Below, piece after piece: positions 60,362 through 64,000 of a stretch of DNA of 64,000 nucleotides. The DNA is taken from positions 12,090,001 through 12,154,000 of the forward strand of contig JBHGNT010000014.1 of NCBI GenBank assembly GCA_043228905.1, in the 5' to 3' direction. Source of the stretch: Azolla caroliniana (taxonomy: Eukaryota > Plantae > Polypodiophyta). The translations under genes and the position numbers were made by a program. Each line of letters starts with the position of its first letter. Position 1 is the first letter of the stretch. The notes under the pieces are model-generated. The model did no database searches. It saw only the letters and a program-made list of their open reading frames with translations, and was not told where the DNA came from.

Positions 60362-62759
60362 ATGGGCGGTGAACCTAACAACAATGTAATTGACTCTAAT
60401 GTAGTTACCCCTATTTCTACTCAAGAAAAGAAATCAGGAAGCCCTATGCATACTAGACGAATTCCACGTAGAATTCGTTTGGACAAATTTAACTTGGTGA
60501 CATCAAATAAGCAACTTGGATTTGATGTCAACAAAACATGTTGTGCTCATGGTTGTATGTCAATGATTGGAAAAGCAAAGTTGCGAGAATTAAGGCGTTA
60601 CTATTTTTCGATGATTGGTTATGAGAAAGACATTTACCTCGTCTCACATATGCAATTGGTGTCTAACAAGTCTTCGGGGATCAAAGTATCATTCAAGTAT
60701 TATATCTTCCCTGCGCAACAAATATGTAGAGTTGCATTCAAAATTGCGTTGTGTTAGTAACATGTAACTACATAGAGTACAACAATGTCTTCTTAGTGGG
60801 CATCCGACTATCAATTGTAAAGAGGTTCCAAGTATGAAAGGTGCAATTAGAAGACATGTTATTTGTCGTATGAAAATTTACTTTCAGTTAAATTGTGAAG
60901 TAATGCCCACAAAAGGCAGGATGCACCTCTTTGATAATTACACACGTCGGGAAGTCTATGATGTCTATCGATCAGAATTGCTATTATCAAGTGATAAATA
61001 TGTCACATACAGCCAATTCACAAGATTGTGAAGAACATTGTTTTCAAATGTTATTATTCCGCGTAAAGTACGCATGGGCATTGCTCGATTTGTGCGAACC
61101 TTAAAAGTTTGGCTAAAGGGGTGAAGACAACAATGGAAAAGGATATAAGTAAGAAGTTACTACAAGAGCATCGTGAGGCACAATCGTTAGAACGAAAGAA
61201 GGCAATGCATCATAGAGAGAAGTGTTTGAAGAGGCCTGAACAATACATGTGCTTAATGATCGATGGCATGGACCAGAAGAAGACATGCTTACCGCATATG
61301 CGGAGGCTCCCCAAAGACATCAATGATGAGTGCCTTGTTCAAATGCACTTGGTGGGATGTTTGGATTATAATAGGTCAGTTGGACCTCACCTCTTCATTA
61401 CATACCCCAATGTTCAAAATGACCCAAACCTAATAGATACAATGATTCACCAAGTTTTGATGTCTTGAGGCCAGTTGTTCCCCCCTGTTCTCTACATTCA
61501 ATTGGACAATACTGCTAGAGAGAACAAAAATTCAATTGTGTTTGGCTATCTAAGTATGTTGGTCAACCAAGGATTGTTTAGAAAAGTGAAAGTCAATTTT
61601 CTTTTGGTTGGCCACACACATGATCATATAGATCACATGTTTAGCACATTCTCCAGACAGTTGTCTCGACATGATGCTTTGATGTCATTTGTGATGCCCA
61701 AAAGTGTTACATTTGAAGGAGATATATGAGTTTAAGGGATATATATCAGATGGGGTGTTGGGAATGTTAAAGTGCTCACCCAGTTAAACAATATAAGCTT
61801 CAATCACATTTTTATGATAAAGAAAAATGAAATAAGTGGTTCTACGCTTTTGTATGCCAAGCAATATTCATCTTCTACAAAATGGGAAGAAAGAACAGTT
61901 GCATAGTGACTTGGTAGAAGAACAAAAACACATATGGCTCCAAGCCTTAACAGAGAAAAGGAAGCATATTGAGGCCGCAAAGAAATATGTCGCACAACAA
62001 GACACGTCCTGGTGGGATGTTTGTTTTAGTGATAAAAAAGGAATTATTGACAATTGTGTATCTAGTGATAATTGGACTTTGGAAATGCCATTCACATGGT
62101 CACTACAACATGATCGTGTAAATAAAACTCCGAAGCAACAAACTAATGCGATTAATGACAGTTTGGTCCATCCACAACAAAGAGACATTTATGTGGGACC
62201 AAGGATGACCAAAGCAGCTAAAGTTAGATGGCAAGGCAATTTGCAAGAGCTCGCAGTGGGGATGTTGATTGCAACACCTGCTGATGACAACTCACAAGGC
62301 CACCAATTTTGGATTGGTAAAATTCTAGAAGTGTTAATGCATGAAATAGAAAACACGATCAACTCTATAAAAGTGCATTGGTACAACACTAGAAGTGAAA
62401 ATGCTTTTACAGGTAAGCATACATTGGAGATGATTGAATGCCCGACGACAAGGGGAAGTAGGAAGAGGAAGCGAAACATTCGTAACACCTCGAACCTTGA
62501 TATCTCTGATGTGGATATCATCGTGTATGACTTCACGCTTACAAAAGTTGGATGTTTAAGAAAGTCAACAATAGATATAATAAAAGAAAAATTACCAGCT
62601 CTACAAGGTGGCTCGAGTCAAATGCAAACGAGATCTACTAGACATAATCTAGAGTCACACCATTTAGTTTATGAGGAAGATAATGCATTGATTGGTACAT
62701 CCGAGGATGACGAGGAAGAATCCTCATTGTATATTAGTTATAGTAGTGATTCTCCATAA
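60362..62759 (+). pseudogene. Sola-like (DUF7869-type) DDD transposase, copy 2
   Basis: Cys-rich N-terminus (CCAHGC) and candidate catalytic motifs MIDGMDQKK, QLDNTARENKN and GHTHDHID. C-terminal FWIGKI...VHWY domain. Fragmented by stops and frameshifts. Confidence 0.85.
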
Positions 62760-63569
62760 AGGAGTGATCATGAATGTATTTTTGGCTATTAAATGTAACT
62801 ACCTTCCACTTGTAACAAATCGAGTAATATAAAAGCATGTGTTTTGAATTCTTTCAATTCCTATGAATATCATTTCTTATAAAAAGAAGTTTGGTTGTAA
62901 AGTTTGTGATATAAATTGAGAATGTAACTTTTTGAAATTTCACTTTTTAAATTTATTTTTAAATCATGAAAATGGTGGATTTTTAACCTTTTTCATAGTA
63001 TATTTGAGAATGTATGATACTAGTATCAATGTGTTTGTATTATCATTGACAAAGTACTAAAATCAAACGGAATATTCCTTATCCTTCCATTTATGCGCAA
63101 TCCTTCCACATGTGAATGCGAACATGTTGGACTAGCTACCATCTTCCTGATGACATCTTGAGACATTGTCAAGATTCTATTGGTGAGGTCAAGCTCCCTT
63201 ATTACAACAAGCAATGATCAACTAAGACTCTATTGGTGAGGCTAAGCTCCCTTCTTACAACAATCAAGGGTCATTTGTATGCACAACAAAGTAAAATCCA
63301 AACAACAAAAGACCTTTCACTTTGTATTGAAATGCAAATAAAGAAACACTTAGGTTGTCAATTTCAAGAGTATGAAGTGACGTGTGTGTTTGTGCGTGGT
63401 TTACATATAAAACATCACATAGATAACCTCCCCACATTCCTTTGTTTTCACATTTAGGCAACATAAAACATACACTAGATGATGCAAGCTTATAGAACAC
63501 ATGGTAGATAAATTTCTTCAATGTAAATAGAGGGGGAAGCATTTTGTGAAAGAAATAATTGAAGCTTGA

Positions 63570-64000
63570 TCATGATACTTCGCAATGAAATGAAGTACCA
63601 CAATCGGTGTATGGGTACAGAACCGATTGATGAAGAACCACGACCATGTTTTTCAACGCATTCGCGTTGGTCTCTGCTAGTTGTTGGGACACATGGTTGG
63701 CTTGCCACATGGTGAGGAAAGCGCGCACATGCGCCTCGACATCTACTTCATCATTGTTGCGGGGATACAGGTATGGCATTGTGTTAGAGTTTGGGATGTC
63801 GGATGTATCTTCGATAGGGTTGATAACACGGTCAGTAGTTTGTGGGGTGTGGGCGTCACTATAGTCGACCTCCGAACTACTGTCGTTGGTTGCTCCGGTC
63901 TCGTGTTGTGCCTTGGAGAGGACTTCCGACACTGGGTGAACTTGTTCGGTGTGCGTTGATTCAACCACACTTTCTTCGTGATCGATTTGGGGAATGTCTC
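63570..64000 (-). pseudogene. Retrotransposon gag-like fragment
   Basis: DVEAHVRAFLTMWQANH resembles the start of a Ty3 gag. Truncated by the window edge. Confidence 0.4.

Noticed and set aside
43800-63050. Terminal inverted repeats for the Sola-like elements
   Set aside because: Searched by eye near 43.8-44.2, 55.2-55.5 and 62.8-63.0 kb without a convincing pair, so the boundaries are left undefined.

Overview
Eukaryotic, transposon-dense DNA. It is most likely from a non-seed land plant such as a fern or lycophyte, inferred from the Tcn1-type chromovirus, Sola-like transposases and plant genes. Only two host genes are recognisable. One is an OVATE-family-like ORF on the minus strand (ATG 1787, running off the left edge and missed by the ORF track). 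The other is a two-exon Pollen Ole e 1/extensin-like gene (36857-38014). From 8.7 to 35 kb lies a five-element nest: a copia hosts a Tcn1-like chromovirus, which hosts an intact young Tat-type Ty3 with dual RNase H. The copia's LTR hosts a non-autonomous LTR element, which hosts a near-intact tRNA-Trp-primed Ty3. The most unusual system is at 44-63 kb: two diverged copies of a Sola-like (DUF7869-type) DDD transposase. Each is arranged head-to-head, across an array of CTCGAT-N7-ATCGAG palindromes, with a gene for a ParB-like domain fused to a prokaryote-type beta-class N6A/N4C DNA methyltransferase. One methyltransferase copy is a four-exon pseudogene (DIPY...PYQKP...LDLFAGT); only an N-terminal fragment of the other survives. 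Other notable signals are Tf1-type self-priming, two -1 frameshift signals, antisense tRNA-like A/B-box modules in three unrelated retroelements, a shared ACGG/CCGT target site for one LTR group, and an RT-less copia lineage. All alignments and mismatch counts were done by eye.
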